The notes beneath the pieces were generated by a model. It was given only the letters and a program-made list of their open reading frames with translations, was not told where the DNA came from and did no database searches. Positions 26,658-37,664 of a DNA stretch of 60,216 nucleotides are shown piece by piece. Within the stretch, counting starts at the first letter, position 1. Each line of letters opens with the position of its first letter. This DNA is from a virus (Duplodnaviria; Caudoviricetes): the IMG/VR virus record IMGVR_UViG_3300026077_000003, positions 1 through 60,216 of that record; one strand, given 5' to 3'. The position numbers were made by a program, and so were the translations under genes.

Positions 26658-29398
26658 TGGTCGCTGTCGCACAAGCAAAAACTGATTTCGCTGGACGTGA
26701 TGGATTTAATTGGTGGGTCGGAGAAGTAGAAGACAACCAAGATCCTTCACAGTTAGGTAGAGTACGAGTTCGTATACTTGGTTGGTATACCAGCAATAAA
26801 ACGGATGAGGATGGAAACTCTGCTCACTTGCAAGAACTTCCTAGGAAAATGCTCCCATGGGCAACTGTTCTACTGCCAACAGATAAACCACAGACTAAAA
26901 ACGCAGGAACAACTACAGAATTACAGGTAGGTTCTAACGTTCTTGGTTTCTTCTTGGATGGTAATGAAGGTCAGTTACCTTGTGTTATGGGTGCTTTCCG
27001 TAGTTTCCGTCATGCTGAGAGACAGAATGAGGGTGGTGCTAGTGGAGAAGAGAGAGGTGCACCAAACCAATTAGGACGTACATATATTGCTGATCCTGAG
27101 ATTGGTGTCCAGATGGCAACCGATACTCCTCAGCAGAAAGCAGTTAATAATCAGTTTTCATTAGGTGGTCACCCATTTGCTAAGGTTCAGGGTCAGACAC
27201 CAGGATCTGCAGAAGGTGGCGAAGAAGTAGCAAGAGGTGCAGTTTCCAAAGGTGAAGTAGATACACCTGCTAACATATACACTAACCCTATCAAGATGTC
27301 AGGAATGCCAGGTGGTATTGCTGATGGTACAACTGGACCTGCTAATAAAGGTTTTAACCTTGATATGAAGAGGATGCTATCTGACATTGGTGTTCAGGTA
27401 GGTGGTTTAGCAAAAGATACTGACAGTGGTAGTTTCATGTCTGCTATTACAGGCAGAATGGTAGAAGGTAAAGCAATACTTGGACAGTTATCTAACCTAA
27501 CCAACTATGTTACCAATGCAGTTTCGGGTATGCTCGCTCCTCTGAAGGAGCTGGCAGCGAGACTGATTCAGCAAGCGATTGATACTATATTAAAGCTAAT
27601 TTCTAATATGGTTCCTGTTGTCGTAGTGACAGCAATTGGTGCTATCCTAGAAATTATATTCTCTATGTTCTGTAAACCTACCCCACAATGGGTCAGTGTT
27701 ATGAAGAACATAATGGGATTCATAACGAGTTATCTCAACAAGGTCTTCGATAATATAATGGATTTCATCGGTGAGATGGAATCAAAAATCACTGACTGGG
27801 TTGAGAATGCAATGTCTGGTATTCAGGGTCAGATTTGTAAAGGACTCAATGCCATTAACGGTGCAGCAGATAAAATATTCTCAGCAATAACTGCAGTTAA
27901 GGGAGCAGCAAAACTAGCAGATGGTATCAGTAGTATATTTGCATTAGATTTCACTAAGTTAGACTTCCAGTCACTTCTTAGCATCCTTAAGGCAATCCTT
28001 GCTATGATCCTTGGTAATAAAGGATGTGGTCGTGATAGTCGAAAACCCCGATCACAAGCATGGGTTCCGTTGTTAGGTACCACGCAATGTGATCCTGATG
28101 ATACACCAGGCGTGGCAGGTCCAGGTGGAGGTGACTATAGTAGTTGTCCACCACCTTCGGGAACAAATGCACCAGGACTTACTCAAAGTTCAGGTGGTTC
28201 AGCAGAAACTGGTACCTTCTTTGATGATTTCTATAAGAATATTAACCCATTCTTAATGGAGACACAGACATCACTTAATGGTACTAGGGTACTGAATGAT
28301 GCAACGCCTGGTAAAGAAAAGTTTGTAACCTCTGGTCCTGGTGGTGTTACTTATTTCCAAGATAAGAGAGGTAACGAACACTTAAATGTACCTGGCAACT
28401 TTACTTCCATTTACGGTGGAGACTTAGTACACAATGCTAAAGGTAATCATGTACATACTATAGAAGGTGACTACCACCTTAAGGTTATGGGTGATTTCCA
28501 TATTGAGGTTGCAGGATCCATGAATACTCATGTATCAAATGGTCCTGGTGCTCAAGCATCTGATGCTAATGGTGGTTTCTCCTCAGGTAGTACATGGGGT
28601 GACCAGAAACCATTGCAAGGAGCAGGTAATAGCTCTAAATTCACAGCACAAACATATAAAGATTTGGATCCTGAAGATGGATTCGAGGCTCTGGAGGGTT
28701 CTCTAGACACTGCAGGAACTGCAACAGATCAAATGCAAGCAGTTTTACAGGATAAGATAGCTAAACGTAATAAACCACAGTTTGATGTAGAGGTAGGAGA
28801 AAGAGAATCTAAGTCAGTACATACCGTAGCAGGTGACCACGATTGTAACTATCAAGGTGACTGGACAGTACAAGCTAACAAGTTTAACTTCACTGCTGTA
28901 TCTGCAATCAACATGAAGGGTCAGAACTATAACGTTGAGGCGGGTGCAATTAATAACACTGCACATGGTGAGATCATAAACGAAGCTAACTGGATTACTT
29001 CATTCCTTAACTGTGGACGCTTTGATATCATTGGTATATTCCAGCAGATGCCTGTTATAACAGGACAGTATAGTATAGTAAAAGGATCTATTGTAGATGT
29101 TACAATGGATTTACCATTCCCAGGTGCATCACCACCAGCTCAGGTTCGGCTCTCCCTGGGGCAATCCATGCCCACTGCTATGGCAGATATTATCACAGGA
29201 GCTAGTCCAGGTGGACACATGACCCTAGTAGCCAGTCCGACAGGTGGCATAGGAGAGGTTGTCACAGCAGGACAAGGTGCTATAATAAACCAGTGTACTT
29301 CTGGTATAATCTCATACGGTGTCGGGGTAGGTTTCTCTGCCTTTGGTACTGCTTTGGGTGCAACCCAGATATATGGATTGCCTGTGATGCTTAACTAA
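26657..29398 (+). CDS. gp5: Baseplate central spike gp5
   Basis: WWVGEVED..DP..LGRVRVRI.G, LPWA, V.GFFLDG; C-terminal beta-helix repeats; CTAAATA upstream. Confidence 0.9.
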   Translation: MVAVAQAKTDFAGRDGFNWWVGEVEDNQDPSQLGRVRVRILGWYTSNKTDEDGNSAHLQELPRKMLPWATVLLPTDKPQTKNAGTTTELQVGSNVLGFFLDGNEGQLPCVMGAFRSFRHAERQNEGGASGEERGAPNQLGRTYIADPEIGVQMATDTPQQKAVNNQFSLGGHPFAKVQGQTPGSAEGGEEVARGAVSKGEVDTPANIYTNPIKMSGMPGGIADGTTGPANKGFNLDMKRMLSDIGVQVGGLAKDTDSGSFMSAITGRMVEGKAILGQLSNLTNYVTNAVSGMLAPLKELAARLIQQAIDTILKLISNMVPVVVVTAIGAILEIIFSMFCKPTPQWVSVMKNIMGFITSYLNKVFDNIMDFIGEMESKITDWVENAMSGIQGQICKGLNAINGAADKIFSAITAVKGAAKLADGISSIFALDFTKLDFQSLLSILKAILAMILGNKGCGRDSRKPRSQAWVPLLGTTQCDPDDTPGVAGPGGGDYSSCPPPSGTNAPGLTQSSGGSAETGTFFDDFYKNINPFLMETQTSLNGTRVLNDATPGKEKFVTSGPGGVTYFQDKRGNEHLNVPGNFTSIYGGDLVHNAKGNHVHTIEGDYHLKVMGDFHIEVAGSMNTHVSNGPGAQASDANGGFSSGSTWGDQKPLQGAGNSSKFTAQTYKDLDPEDGFEALEGSLDTAGTATDQMQAVLQDKIAKRNKPQFDVEVGERESKSVHTVAGDHDCNYQGDWTVQANKFNFTAVSAINMKGQNYNVEAGAINNTAHGEIINEANWITSFLNCGRFDIIGIFQQMPVITGQYSIVKGSIVDVTMDLPFPGASPPAQVRLSLGQSMPTAMADIITGASPGGHMTLVASPTGGIGEVVTAGQGAIINQCTSGIISYGVGVGFSAFGTALGATQIYGLPVMLN
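29259..29286 (+). promoter_or_regulatory. Candidate sigma70 promoter inside gp5 3' end
   Basis: TTGTCA-N16-TATAAT with TG extension, ~110 nt before the small-gene cluster. Confidence 0.45.
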
Positions 29399-29592
29399 TG
29401 GAAGAATTAGTTGATTATGTGGAACATGCTTTTATACATGTTGCCAAAAGGAGAGTTGTCCTTCGGGATGAGGAAGGTTATACCGAAGAAGTTCGGTTTA
29501 ACTTTGATGAAGAGGGTATGAGCAGTTTTGAGGATACTATTGCTATCTTGCAAGACTTCTTAGAGCCAGACGATCTTACATTTGTATTCTAA
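29398..29592 (+). CDS. Hypothetical protein
   Basis: 64 aa, TAATG-coupled. Confidence 0.7.
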   Translation: MEELVDYVEHAFIHVAKRRVVLRDEEGYTEEVRFNFDEEGMSSFEDTIAILQDFLEPDDLTFVF

Positions 29593-29861
29593 TGAAATCT
29601 CAAATTCTAGAAGTCTCTATTGATGAGGCTAAGAGCAACTTTGATTTCCTCTTGACATTATGTGAAAGAGGTAATACAATAAAGATTGCTCAAGATGGGA
29701 AACCATCAATTCTACTGACACCTGTACCTGTGCTTGACAAGTACGAGCAGGGAGATCTACCTGAGATCCCTATGCCACAGGATTGGAAACCTGATCCAGT
29801 TGGTGTGCAAACATATGTTAGTGAAACACTTAATGAGATGCAAAATGAATTAAAGAGTTAG
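29592..29861 (+). CDS. Phd/YefM antitoxin-like protein
   Basis: VSIDEAKSNFDFLL..CERG.TIKI..DGKP..LL fits the Phd N-terminal pattern. Confidence 0.6.
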   Translation: MKSQILEVSIDEAKSNFDFLLTLCERGNTIKIAQDGKPSILLTPVPVLDKYEQGDLPEIPMPQDWKPDPVGVQTYVSETLNEMQNELKS

Positions 29862-29862
29862 C

Positions 29863-30036
29863 ATGAAGTACCATCTTTACAATGACAACCATACGCATAT
29901 GGGGTGTTTTAACTCAATAGAAATGTTGAGGAGATTCCTTTGTGAAAGAAAGTACGACACTAACTGTGATCATGATGTAACGGATACATTTGACTATATT
30001 AATTCTATAAAATGGTCTTTCGAAATAGAGGAGTAA
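29863..30036 (+). CDS. Small hypothetical protein (MKYHLYND...)
   Basis: 57 aa ORF filling gap. Confidence 0.65.
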   Translation: MKYHLYNDNHTHMGCFNSIEMLRRFLCERKYDTNCDHDVTDTFDYINSIKWSFEIEE

Positions 30037-30039
30037 CAC

Positions 30040-30261
30040 ATGACAAAAGATTGGGACGACAGTAATTGGAGGGAGGAGTACAAAGCGTACACTTCCAACA
30101 AGAAACACTTGGAACTATTGGAAAATGGACCTAAGAGTCTATCTCAGTCATGGATACTGGGTGCTTTGCATCAGAAGTGGATGAAGATGAAGGGATATAA
30201 ATATCCAGAACCACCTGATTGCAGTTCGTCATTTAAGGAATTTAACGAGAAGTATCAATGA
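30040..30261 (+). CDS. Conserved cyanophage hypothetical protein
   Basis: DDSNWREE..LLENGPKSLSQSW; GAGGAG SD. Confidence 0.8.
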   Translation: MTKDWDDSNWREEYKAYTSNKKHLELLENGPKSLSQSWILGALHQKWMKMKGYKYPEPPDCSSSFKEFNEKYQ

Positions 30262-30494
30262 GCGGACCACACGTCGAAAACTACAATGCTAGTTATCCAC
30301 CAGAGGCACAGCATCGTCTCAATACATTAAACGATGTCATTGGTGATTATCTTACTAGCGAGGAATCTTCAGACAAAACTTATGAGAATATTTTGACTGA
30401 AGTACAGTCTTGGATAGACTATCATAAAGAGCATTTAGAGAAAGCAAATAAACTTAAATCACTTCTTATGGGAGAGAGGAATTTGGACGTATAA
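30258..30494 (+). CDS. Hypothetical protein
   Basis: 78 aa, ATGA overlap. Confidence 0.7.
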   Translation: MSGPHVENYNASYPPEAQHRLNTLNDVIGDYLTSEESSDKTYENILTEVQSWIDYHKEHLEKANKLKSLLMGERNLDV

Positions 30495-30497
30495 ATA
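30490..30497 (+). promoter_or_regulatory. Late promoter TATAAATA
   Basis: Exact T4 late consensus upstream of fibre genes. Confidence 0.8.
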
Positions 30498-30523
30498 ACT
30501 CGGAAGAACCATATAGATGAATA

Positions 30524-31858
30524 GTGGCAACTAAAAGAATATCACAACTTGATACTATAGCTGATGCGTTGGTGACTGGGGAAGCGGTGCTTCCTATTGT
30601 TATATCAGACCCACTTATTCCGAATAGAAAATCAAAGGTTAATCAACTTTTTAGGTCAGTTTCTGCAGGCTCACAGAGTGCTCCAGGACTGGCTTTCGAT
30701 TTGGATAGGGACACTGGAATCTACCAGAGTGCAGTTAATGAAATTGGACTCACATTCGGTAGTGCATCATTATATAATCAACGTAACGCAAACCAAGACG
30801 GTTCATCAACATTACAAATTCGTGCTGTTGATACTGCGTCAGCAAACTCTAATGTGGAGGTAGTCCCTCAGGGTAGTGGATATTTCACAGTTAATGGATC
30901 TGCTACATTTACAGACTCTAACGTATTCTTTGAGGGGGATCAAAACCCTGGAAAGAAGGTGGTCTTTAATGTAGATACCGTTTCTACTGCAGGTGGTATA
31001 CGTCGTTTCGACTTTCCTAATGTAGGTGCAAATACTTCAGCAACTATAGTTGCAGCAGATACATTCCAAACGTTAACTAATAAGTCTATTATCATTAAAG
31101 ATAATGACCTACAGATAACTGGTTCTACTGACGTTTCTAAGATTGCAAAGTTCGAGACAGATGCGTGGGATGCTCCTGGTCAGCATATCTATCGTCTTCC
31201 TGATTATGGTACTACCATTACGCAGTCAACACTACTTGATGATATAACTCAGCAAGACGTTAAGAATAAGAACTTGGTGAACCCCACCATGTCTACTACA
31301 CCGTCTACAGATGAGAATAATCCAACCAAGTATATAATCTTCGATTCATCTGGATTAACTTCAGATCGTACGGTTACTTGGCCAGACCTTAATGTTACTG
31401 TGGTAGGAACTTCATCTACACAGACATTAACTAACAAGGTTTATAAGGGTGCCATTTTTGAGGACACTGGTGATAACACTAAGAAGATTAGTTTTAATCT
31501 AACAAATCTTAATGCTAACAGCAATTTGCAGTGGACTTTCCCAGAAGGTTCTCTTGCAGAACCTCTAAATAATGGTATTGATACCAACGTTTTAGTCGCA
31601 GAGAAAGCAACGCAGACTCTAGCGAACAAAACAATGGAATTCATGAAGATTAACAACCCAGAGAATGTTAACGGTTTAATCACTATTGATGCCACTAACA
31701 TTACTGAACCAGTTAATATTCAGTTCCCAGGTGCAGATGCTACACTACTATCTACTAACAACATCGAGGCGGTTGGTGTTAGCTTTGGTGGTCCTTTATC
31801 AGCACCTACATTCGGTGGTAGACTCCGATTACAATCTTTTTTCCAAGCAGGGTGGTAA
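30524..31858 (+). CDS. Virion structural/fibre protein with QTLTNK repeats
   Basis: KRISQL N-terminus, APGLAF..D.DTGIY, four QTLxNK-type repeats. Confidence 0.75.
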   Translation: MATKRISQLDTIADALVTGEAVLPIVISDPLIPNRKSKVNQLFRSVSAGSQSAPGLAFDLDRDTGIYQSAVNEIGLTFGSASLYNQRNANQDGSSTLQIRAVDTASANSNVEVVPQGSGYFTVNGSATFTDSNVFFEGDQNPGKKVVFNVDTVSTAGGIRRFDFPNVGANTSATIVAADTFQTLTNKSIIIKDNDLQITGSTDVSKIAKFETDAWDAPGQHIYRLPDYGTTITQSTLLDDITQQDVKNKNLVNPTMSTTPSTDENNPTKYIIFDSSGLTSDRTVTWPDLNVTVVGTSSTQTLTNKVYKGAIFEDTGDNTKKISFNLTNLNANSNLQWTFPEGSLAEPLNNGIDTNVLVAEKATQTLANKTMEFMKINNPENVNGLITIDATNITEPVNIQFPGADATLLSTNNIEAVGVSFGGPLSAPTFGGRLRLQSFFQAGW

Positions 31859-31864
31859 ATTAAA

Positions 31865-34048
31865 ATGACAGCAGGAAGGTTAGCCGCCTCAAAACCAGGG
31901 GCAACGACAAATACAGTACTCTATTCAGCTGATATAGACAATACTGCATCAGCAGTTTTTACAGCAACGAATGTATCAGGATCTGGCGTTACATATCGTG
32001 CAGCAGTTCGTGACTATGATCAGATATTACAACTTGATGGTGATGAAACGACTGCATTAGAATTTCAGAAGGGTAACCCAATATCCCAGTATAAACTAAA
32101 GGTTAGTCCAGGTGTAAGTTTCAGTAGTGCTATACCAGGTGCTGATATAACTACAACTAATGGATCTACAGCAAAACTCCTTGATGTGTTTAAGGATACT
32201 TCTATACTGGAGAGATGGGTTAAGGTAGAGAAACTACTATTCTCAACGGGTGATAATGCAAACCTAACGGGTATATTCCAACTTGGTGAGACAGTAACAG
32301 GTGGTACATCAGGTATTAGTGGTACATTAAGAAGTATAGACACTGAGTCTGGAGGATTTCATGCTTCCATAGCAGATGTTGCATCGGGTGCTACCGCAGT
32401 TAACGTATCGAGAAATACAGGTCTTGCAGATAACGCAAGGTTGATGATATCAAGTATTGCTTCGGATGCAGGTACAGAAATTATATCCATCAATGCTTCT
32501 GGTATTAATACTACTACCAATGTATTGACAGTAACAAGAGGAGTATATGGTACAACAGCAAGTGCAATTCCTGCAGGAGCATTTGCTAAGTGCTTTATTG
32601 ACTCTGCTACTGCATCTACTATCAACGAAGGTGCTACTTTCGCTGCTGGTGATACCACACTTACACTTGCAGATGCAACTGGATTCTTAGAAGGTGGTTT
32701 CATACAGATTGGTAACGAGACAATTCAGGTTTCTGCTGTTGCAGGTAACGACTTGACTGTTGTTCGTGGTCAGTATGGTACTTCTGCAGTTAACCACAAT
32801 GATGGTACTGCAGTTACACAGATGACTGACGCAGGTGACTATCACCTCAACTTCTTTACTGAAGCAGAGACCATCACTGGTGGTACTTCTTCTGCTACTT
32901 TACCACTGAACTTCTCTCAAGGATCATTTAATATTGAGAATCAAGATAGATTTATTGTTGCAGAGGGTGCTAGTGGTAACACATACGAACTATACTTAAA
33001 TAAGAGTCTCAATAATGAGAGAACTTATAAGTTCTGGCAGACAGATGCTTCTAACACAGGTCATCCATTCAGATTTTCTGAACAGGCAGATGGTACTCAA
33101 TCATTAACTGGTACTGAGTACACTGGTAATGTAACCAAGGTTGGTACTGCAGGACAGGCAGGATGTTATTTACAAATTGAGATTACTTCTAACTCACCAC
33201 TATCATTAGAGTCATATGCAGAACCTGCAGTAGCAAACACTACGGACTCTAATGCTGGATTTGGTTGGTCAATGACTGTTATAGCAAACCCTGCTTATGA
33301 GGAGATCTTTATCTATAAATTGAGAGGTGCAGGTTTTGCTGCTGCTGATCAGTTTACTTTAAGTGACACAACTTATACTATTGCAGCATCAGGTGTAACT
33401 GAAGGTTCATGGGGTTATGTGCATGAATTTGACAAGGCACTTAACTTACTGAAAATTTCACTTGATGGTGATTCTGCACCATTTGTAGCAGGTGATACAC
33501 TCTATGATACTCCAACTATAGTTAACGAAAACCGTTACATGGCAACAGTTGTTGCAGGTAAAGCAAAAACTCTTGACAGTGTAAGTGGTGCTGACGGTTC
33601 TCGTGCTGCAGGTACATACACTGGATTGTCACCTACAGGTGGTAATGGAACACTTCTGAAAGTTGATGTAACAGTCGATGGATCAGGTGCTGCTACTGTT
33701 ACTCTCGTAAACGGTGGTAAGAACTATCAAGCAAACGATACTGTAACTCTTACAGACGCAACTCTTGGTGGTGGAGGTGGTGCATCATTAACATTTGATG
33801 TAGCTACTATCGGTGCAGGTGAAGCAATTGGTGCTACTGCAGTAGATTATGTAAATGAAGAAGATTATTTCGCTTATGGAAAAGCGATAGCAGCAAATGC
33901 TGTTGATCGTATAGCTGGTATCGTAGTTGGTCCAGGACAGAACATTCTTGTCTATAGTTCTGCTGCTGAGATATCTTATAGTGTAACTGGTTTTGAGTCG
34001 CAGTCTGAGGACTACACACAAATAGTGAACACTAAAACAGCTGGATAA
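31865..34048 (+). CDS. Virion structural/fibre protein
   Basis: 727 aa Thr/Gly/Ala-rich; LTVxRGxYGT repeat; DASNTGHPFRFS. Confidence 0.75.
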   Translation: MTAGRLAASKPGATTNTVLYSADIDNTASAVFTATNVSGSGVTYRAAVRDYDQILQLDGDETTALEFQKGNPISQYKLKVSPGVSFSSAIPGADITTTNGSTAKLLDVFKDTSILERWVKVEKLLFSTGDNANLTGIFQLGETVTGGTSGISGTLRSIDTESGGFHASIADVASGATAVNVSRNTGLADNARLMISSIASDAGTEIISINASGINTTTNVLTVTRGVYGTTASAIPAGAFAKCFIDSATASTINEGATFAAGDTTLTLADATGFLEGGFIQIGNETIQVSAVAGNDLTVVRGQYGTSAVNHNDGTAVTQMTDAGDYHLNFFTEAETITGGTSSATLPLNFSQGSFNIENQDRFIVAEGASGNTYELYLNKSLNNERTYKFWQTDASNTGHPFRFSEQADGTQSLTGTEYTGNVTKVGTAGQAGCYLQIEITSNSPLSLESYAEPAVANTTDSNAGFGWSMTVIANPAYEEIFIYKLRGAGFAAADQFTLSDTTYTIAASGVTEGSWGYVHEFDKALNLLKISLDGDSAPFVAGDTLYDTPTIVNENRYMATVVAGKAKTLDSVSGADGSRAAGTYTGLSPTGGNGTLLKVDVTVDGSGAATVTLVNGGKNYQANDTVTLTDATLGGGGGASLTFDVATIGAGEAIGATAVDYVNEEDYFAYGKAIAANAVDRIAGIVVGPGQNILVYSSAAEISYSVTGFESQSEDYTQIVNTKTAG

Positions 34049-34073
34049 ATAATACAATAGGTAGTAGATCCCA

Positions 34074-37000
34074 ATGGCACTAACCCGTCTTAAAAATATC
34101 ATCACGTCGAGGACTGGTCGTATTATATACGTCAACCCCGACGATTTTGATGCATCGGATGCTTACGATAATAGAGGTAACTCAGCGTTACGTCCGTTTA
34201 AGACGTTGCAGCGTGCATTCCTAGAAGTTGCAAGATTTTCATACAGAGTTGGTTTAAGTAATGACGAATTTGACGCATTCAGTATATACTTGTATCCGTC
34301 AGATTATGTTATTGACAATAGACCTGGTGTAGCAGATTATAATGATGTACAACCATTTGATGCTAACACTAACTTTGATTTAACTTCTTCTAGTAATGTT
34401 CTTTATAAATTTAATGCAGCTGCTGGTGGTATCATTGCTCCTCGTGGTGTCTCTGTTGTTGGTTCGGACTTACGTCGAACCAAAATCATTCCAAAATACG
34501 TCCCTTATCCTACGGTTCAGGGTTCTCTCGGTATTACTTCTACTAACGAGCCTGCTACTGCTGCGATTTTTAAACTCACTGGTGGATGTTATTTCTGGCA
34601 GCAATCCTTTTTTGATGGAGACACTAATGGAGTCTATTACAGAGGCGACGATATAAGTACGATTGCACCTAACTTCTCACACCATAAGTTAACGTGTTTT
34701 GAGTTCGCTAATATTACTGACCTAGAACTATATTATCAGAAGATATCTAAAGCATACGCTACTATACCTGACTCATCAGGTGTTGTCGCACAAGACCAGT
34801 TACAGGTAAGGGTAGAAGAGAACAGAATCGTTGGTCCTATATCTGACGAATTCGCTATCTCACAGATCATAAGAAATGGACAAACCGCCACAGCGTTCAC
34901 AGTGGACGCACTTGGTAATCCGAAGAATCATGGATTCTCCGTGGGTGTCGCTGTTAATATATCTGGTGTTACTGGTCCTACTGAGCAGGATCAACTCCTC
35001 TATAATGGTTCGTTCTTGGTAACGTCTGCTCAAGGTAACCAGTTCACTTATCAAATGTCAACTGAACCGTCAGGTAATGCTATCGGTTCCAATATTCTTG
35101 TTAAGGTCGAAATTGATACAGTTGACTCAGCATCACCATATGTCTTTAACTGTTCTCTAAGATCAGTTTGGGGTATCAATGGTATGCACGCAGATGGTGC
35201 TGAAGCAACTGGATTTAAGTCCATGGTTGTTGCTCAGTTCACTGGTATCTCTCTGCAGAAAGATGACAGAGCATTCGTACTATACAACCAAAGTACTGGA
35301 GCATATGAACCCCAAGCTGCGGGATCTGGTGCTCATATTAATGGACTTGCCGAGTACCGAAAGGGTTGGAGGCATCGTCACATTAAAGCATCAAATGATG
35401 CGTTTATCCAAGTCGTCTCGGTGTTCGCTGTTGGTTTCGGTGATCACTTCTTCTCCGACTCAGGCGGTGACCTTTCTATCACCAACTCAAACTCAAACTT
35501 TGGTAACACTTCTCTCCGAAGTAAAGGATTTAAAGCAACTGCATTTACAAAAGATAAAGCAGGTCAGTTAACCCATGTTATACCACCTAAGTCACTTAGT
35601 GATGTAGATGAGATCTCAATTAACTGGGTAACTATTGATATTGCATCAACAAGAGCACAGGCAGATTCCACTAGGTTATACCTATATGGATATACCAGTC
35701 AGTTAGGTAGACCACCCTCAAAGATTCAGGGATATACTATTGGTGCAAGAAGAGATGACGTTAATACTCCAGACAGACTATATGTTGCATTGATTGCATC
35801 AGGTGCATCAGAACCTACTACTCACTATGCAGACGTTAACCCTGCTGGTCCTGAAGTTACAGGTACCAGAGCAGGTGATGAGCAAAGTCCTATTAAGTAT
35901 GACACTAACAGGGGACAGTGGTATATTCAGGTAGATAGTGCTGCTAATACAATCTATACAACACTACAAGCTAACAACTTATATCAGAACTTAGGATTTA
36001 CACCTACTACATTCATCAGAAGGGTACCCGACGCTCGTGACCTTAATGACAGAACATACAGATTTAGGTATATCTTAGATAAGGATGCGTTCCCTATACC
36101 AAGACCACCTATCACTGGTTTCGTTCTTCAGCCCAGATCATCAGAAACAAACTCACCATCATATAGTAAGACATATTACATCTATGATGTAGAAACATTC
36201 CAAGAGTTTATTCGTGGTGTACAGGATGGTATATATTATTTGACTCTACTATCAGCGTCAGTATCACCTGCAACATCAAACTTTGATGACTTCGCATTCT
36301 CACAGCAGACTGTGGACATCTATCCTGCATTTGACAGAGATAACCCAGTCGCTGACCCTGCACCTGCAGTTTCCATTGCTGATAATGAAGTGTTGGGTGT
36401 GGTTAAGACAACTGATGGTGCTACTCCAACACCTAATGAGAACAAACAGTTATCTATTACGAAGGAAACTACACAGTTTATACTGTTAGAGACAGAGAAT
36501 AACTTAGGATATAATACTACATCTAACGTACTGAATAGTATAGTTGTTACTGCACGTTTAGGTGATGAAGAAGAAAGAAAGATAGCACTGAAACTAAATC
36601 CAGACCAGTCGGTGTCACCTCTACAGGTTGAGTTACGAAGGTACTCAATTCTGAGAGCATCAGGTCACACGTTTGAGTATCTTGGATTTGGTCCAGGTAA
36701 CTACTCAACTGCATTCCCATCCACACAGGTTGAGGTGTTATCACCACAACAGGTGAGACTATCACAGTCACTTAAGGAAGCAGCAGGTGTGGCATACTAC
36801 TCTGGTGTTAACAGTGATGGTGAACTGTTCGTTGGTAACCAGGTTATTAACCCAGTTACAGGTCAGATCACTAACGAAGATATTGCTCAACTTAACGTGT
36901 TGGGTGAGGAGGACACGACCATTGAGACGTTCTCCGAATTGGTTCTTACTGATAAACTAACCGTAATTGGTGGTGCATCTAACCAGTTAGAATCAGTATT

Positions 37001-37646
37001 CTCTGGTCCTGTTACCTTCCAGAAGAAAGTAACATCATCAGATGAGATACAGTCACTTAAGTACACTTACTCTAATACAGATGGTACAGTTCTTAAACAG
37101 ACCTTCCTAGCAGAAGAACTGAATGGACTACCAGATCTACAGTCAGGGTTAGCTTTTAACAATGGTGACATTTGTTATAACATTGACTGGGCACCTGGTC
37201 AATCACTCGGATGGGTGTATGATACTGGTGTATGGTACAAGATTGGATTGAGTGATACTACACCTATTACATCTAACAGATACAGTGGTGTAACACATTA
37301 TGGTATTGGTATGTCACCTGACGCATCCAACAGGATGAAGATTGGTGGTAACACTTATATTTCTGGTGACTTAGATGTTACTGGTAAATATGGTTGTGCA
37401 GATAAATACTCTTTAGCAACTGGTATTGCAAATAGCAATAATGGTGTTACCTATTCTGGTAATGGTGCAACTCAGACGTTTAATATTTCGCCTGGACACA
37501 CTGCTTACTCACTTTTAGTATTTCTAAATGGTGTTGCTCAAGTTCCTGGTGTAGATTATACAGTCACAGGTAATGCTGTTGACTTTAGTATATCTTCTCC
37601 ACCTGCAACTGGTGATACGATTCAGATTCGTGAACTTGTTATCTAA
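34074..37646 (+). CDS. Large tail-fibre/spike protein (beta-helix-like)
   Basis: IIYVNP..NRG.S..RPFKTLQRA, GSDLRRTKI.P.YVP, C-terminal VFLNGVAQVPGVDY; ATAAATA 34046-34052. Confidence 0.8.
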   Translation: MALTRLKNIITSRTGRIIYVNPDDFDASDAYDNRGNSALRPFKTLQRAFLEVARFSYRVGLSNDEFDAFSIYLYPSDYVIDNRPGVADYNDVQPFDANTNFDLTSSSNVLYKFNAAAGGIIAPRGVSVVGSDLRRTKIIPKYVPYPTVQGSLGITSTNEPATAAIFKLTGGCYFWQQSFFDGDTNGVYYRGDDISTIAPNFSHHKLTCFEFANITDLELYYQKISKAYATIPDSSGVVAQDQLQVRVEENRIVGPISDEFAISQIIRNGQTATAFTVDALGNPKNHGFSVGVAVNISGVTGPTEQDQLLYNGSFLVTSAQGNQFTYQMSTEPSGNAIGSNILVKVEIDTVDSASPYVFNCSLRSVWGINGMHADGAEATGFKSMVVAQFTGISLQKDDRAFVLYNQSTGAYEPQAAGSGAHINGLAEYRKGWRHRHIKASNDAFIQVVSVFAVGFGDHFFSDSGGDLSITNSNSNFGNTSLRSKGFKATAFTKDKAGQLTHVIPPKSLSDVDEISINWVTIDIASTRAQADSTRLYLYGYTSQLGRPPSKIQGYTIGARRDDVNTPDRLYVALIASGASEPTTHYADVNPAGPEVTGTRAGDEQSPIKYDTNRGQWYIQVDSAANTIYTTLQANNLYQNLGFTPTTFIRRVPDARDLNDRTYRFRYILDKDAFPIPRPPITGFVLQPRSSETNSPSYSKTYYIYDVETFQEFIRGVQDGIYYLTLLSASVSPATSNFDDFAFSQQTVDIYPAFDRDNPVADPAPAVSIADNEVLGVVKTTDGATPTPNENKQLSITKETTQFILLETENNLGYNTTSNVLNSIVVTARLGDEEERKIALKLNPDQSVSPLQVELRRYSILRASGHTFEYLGFGPGNYSTAFPSTQVEVLSPQQVRLSQSLKEAAGVAYYSGVNSDGELFVGNQVINPVTGQITNEDIAQLNVLGEEDTTIETFSELVLTDKLTVIGGASNQLESVFSGPVTFQKKVTSSDEIQSLKYTYSNTDGTVLKQTFLAEELNGLPDLQSGLAFNNGDICYNIDWAPGQSLGWVYDTGVWYKIGLSDTTPITSNRYSGVTHYGIGMSPDASNRMKIGGNTYISGDLDVTGKYGCADKYSLATGIANSNNGVTYSGNGATQTFNISPGHTAYSLLVFLNGVAQVPGVDYTVTGNAVDFSISSPPATGDTIQIRELVI

Positions 37647-37664
37647 GTTTCACCGTAGGGAATT

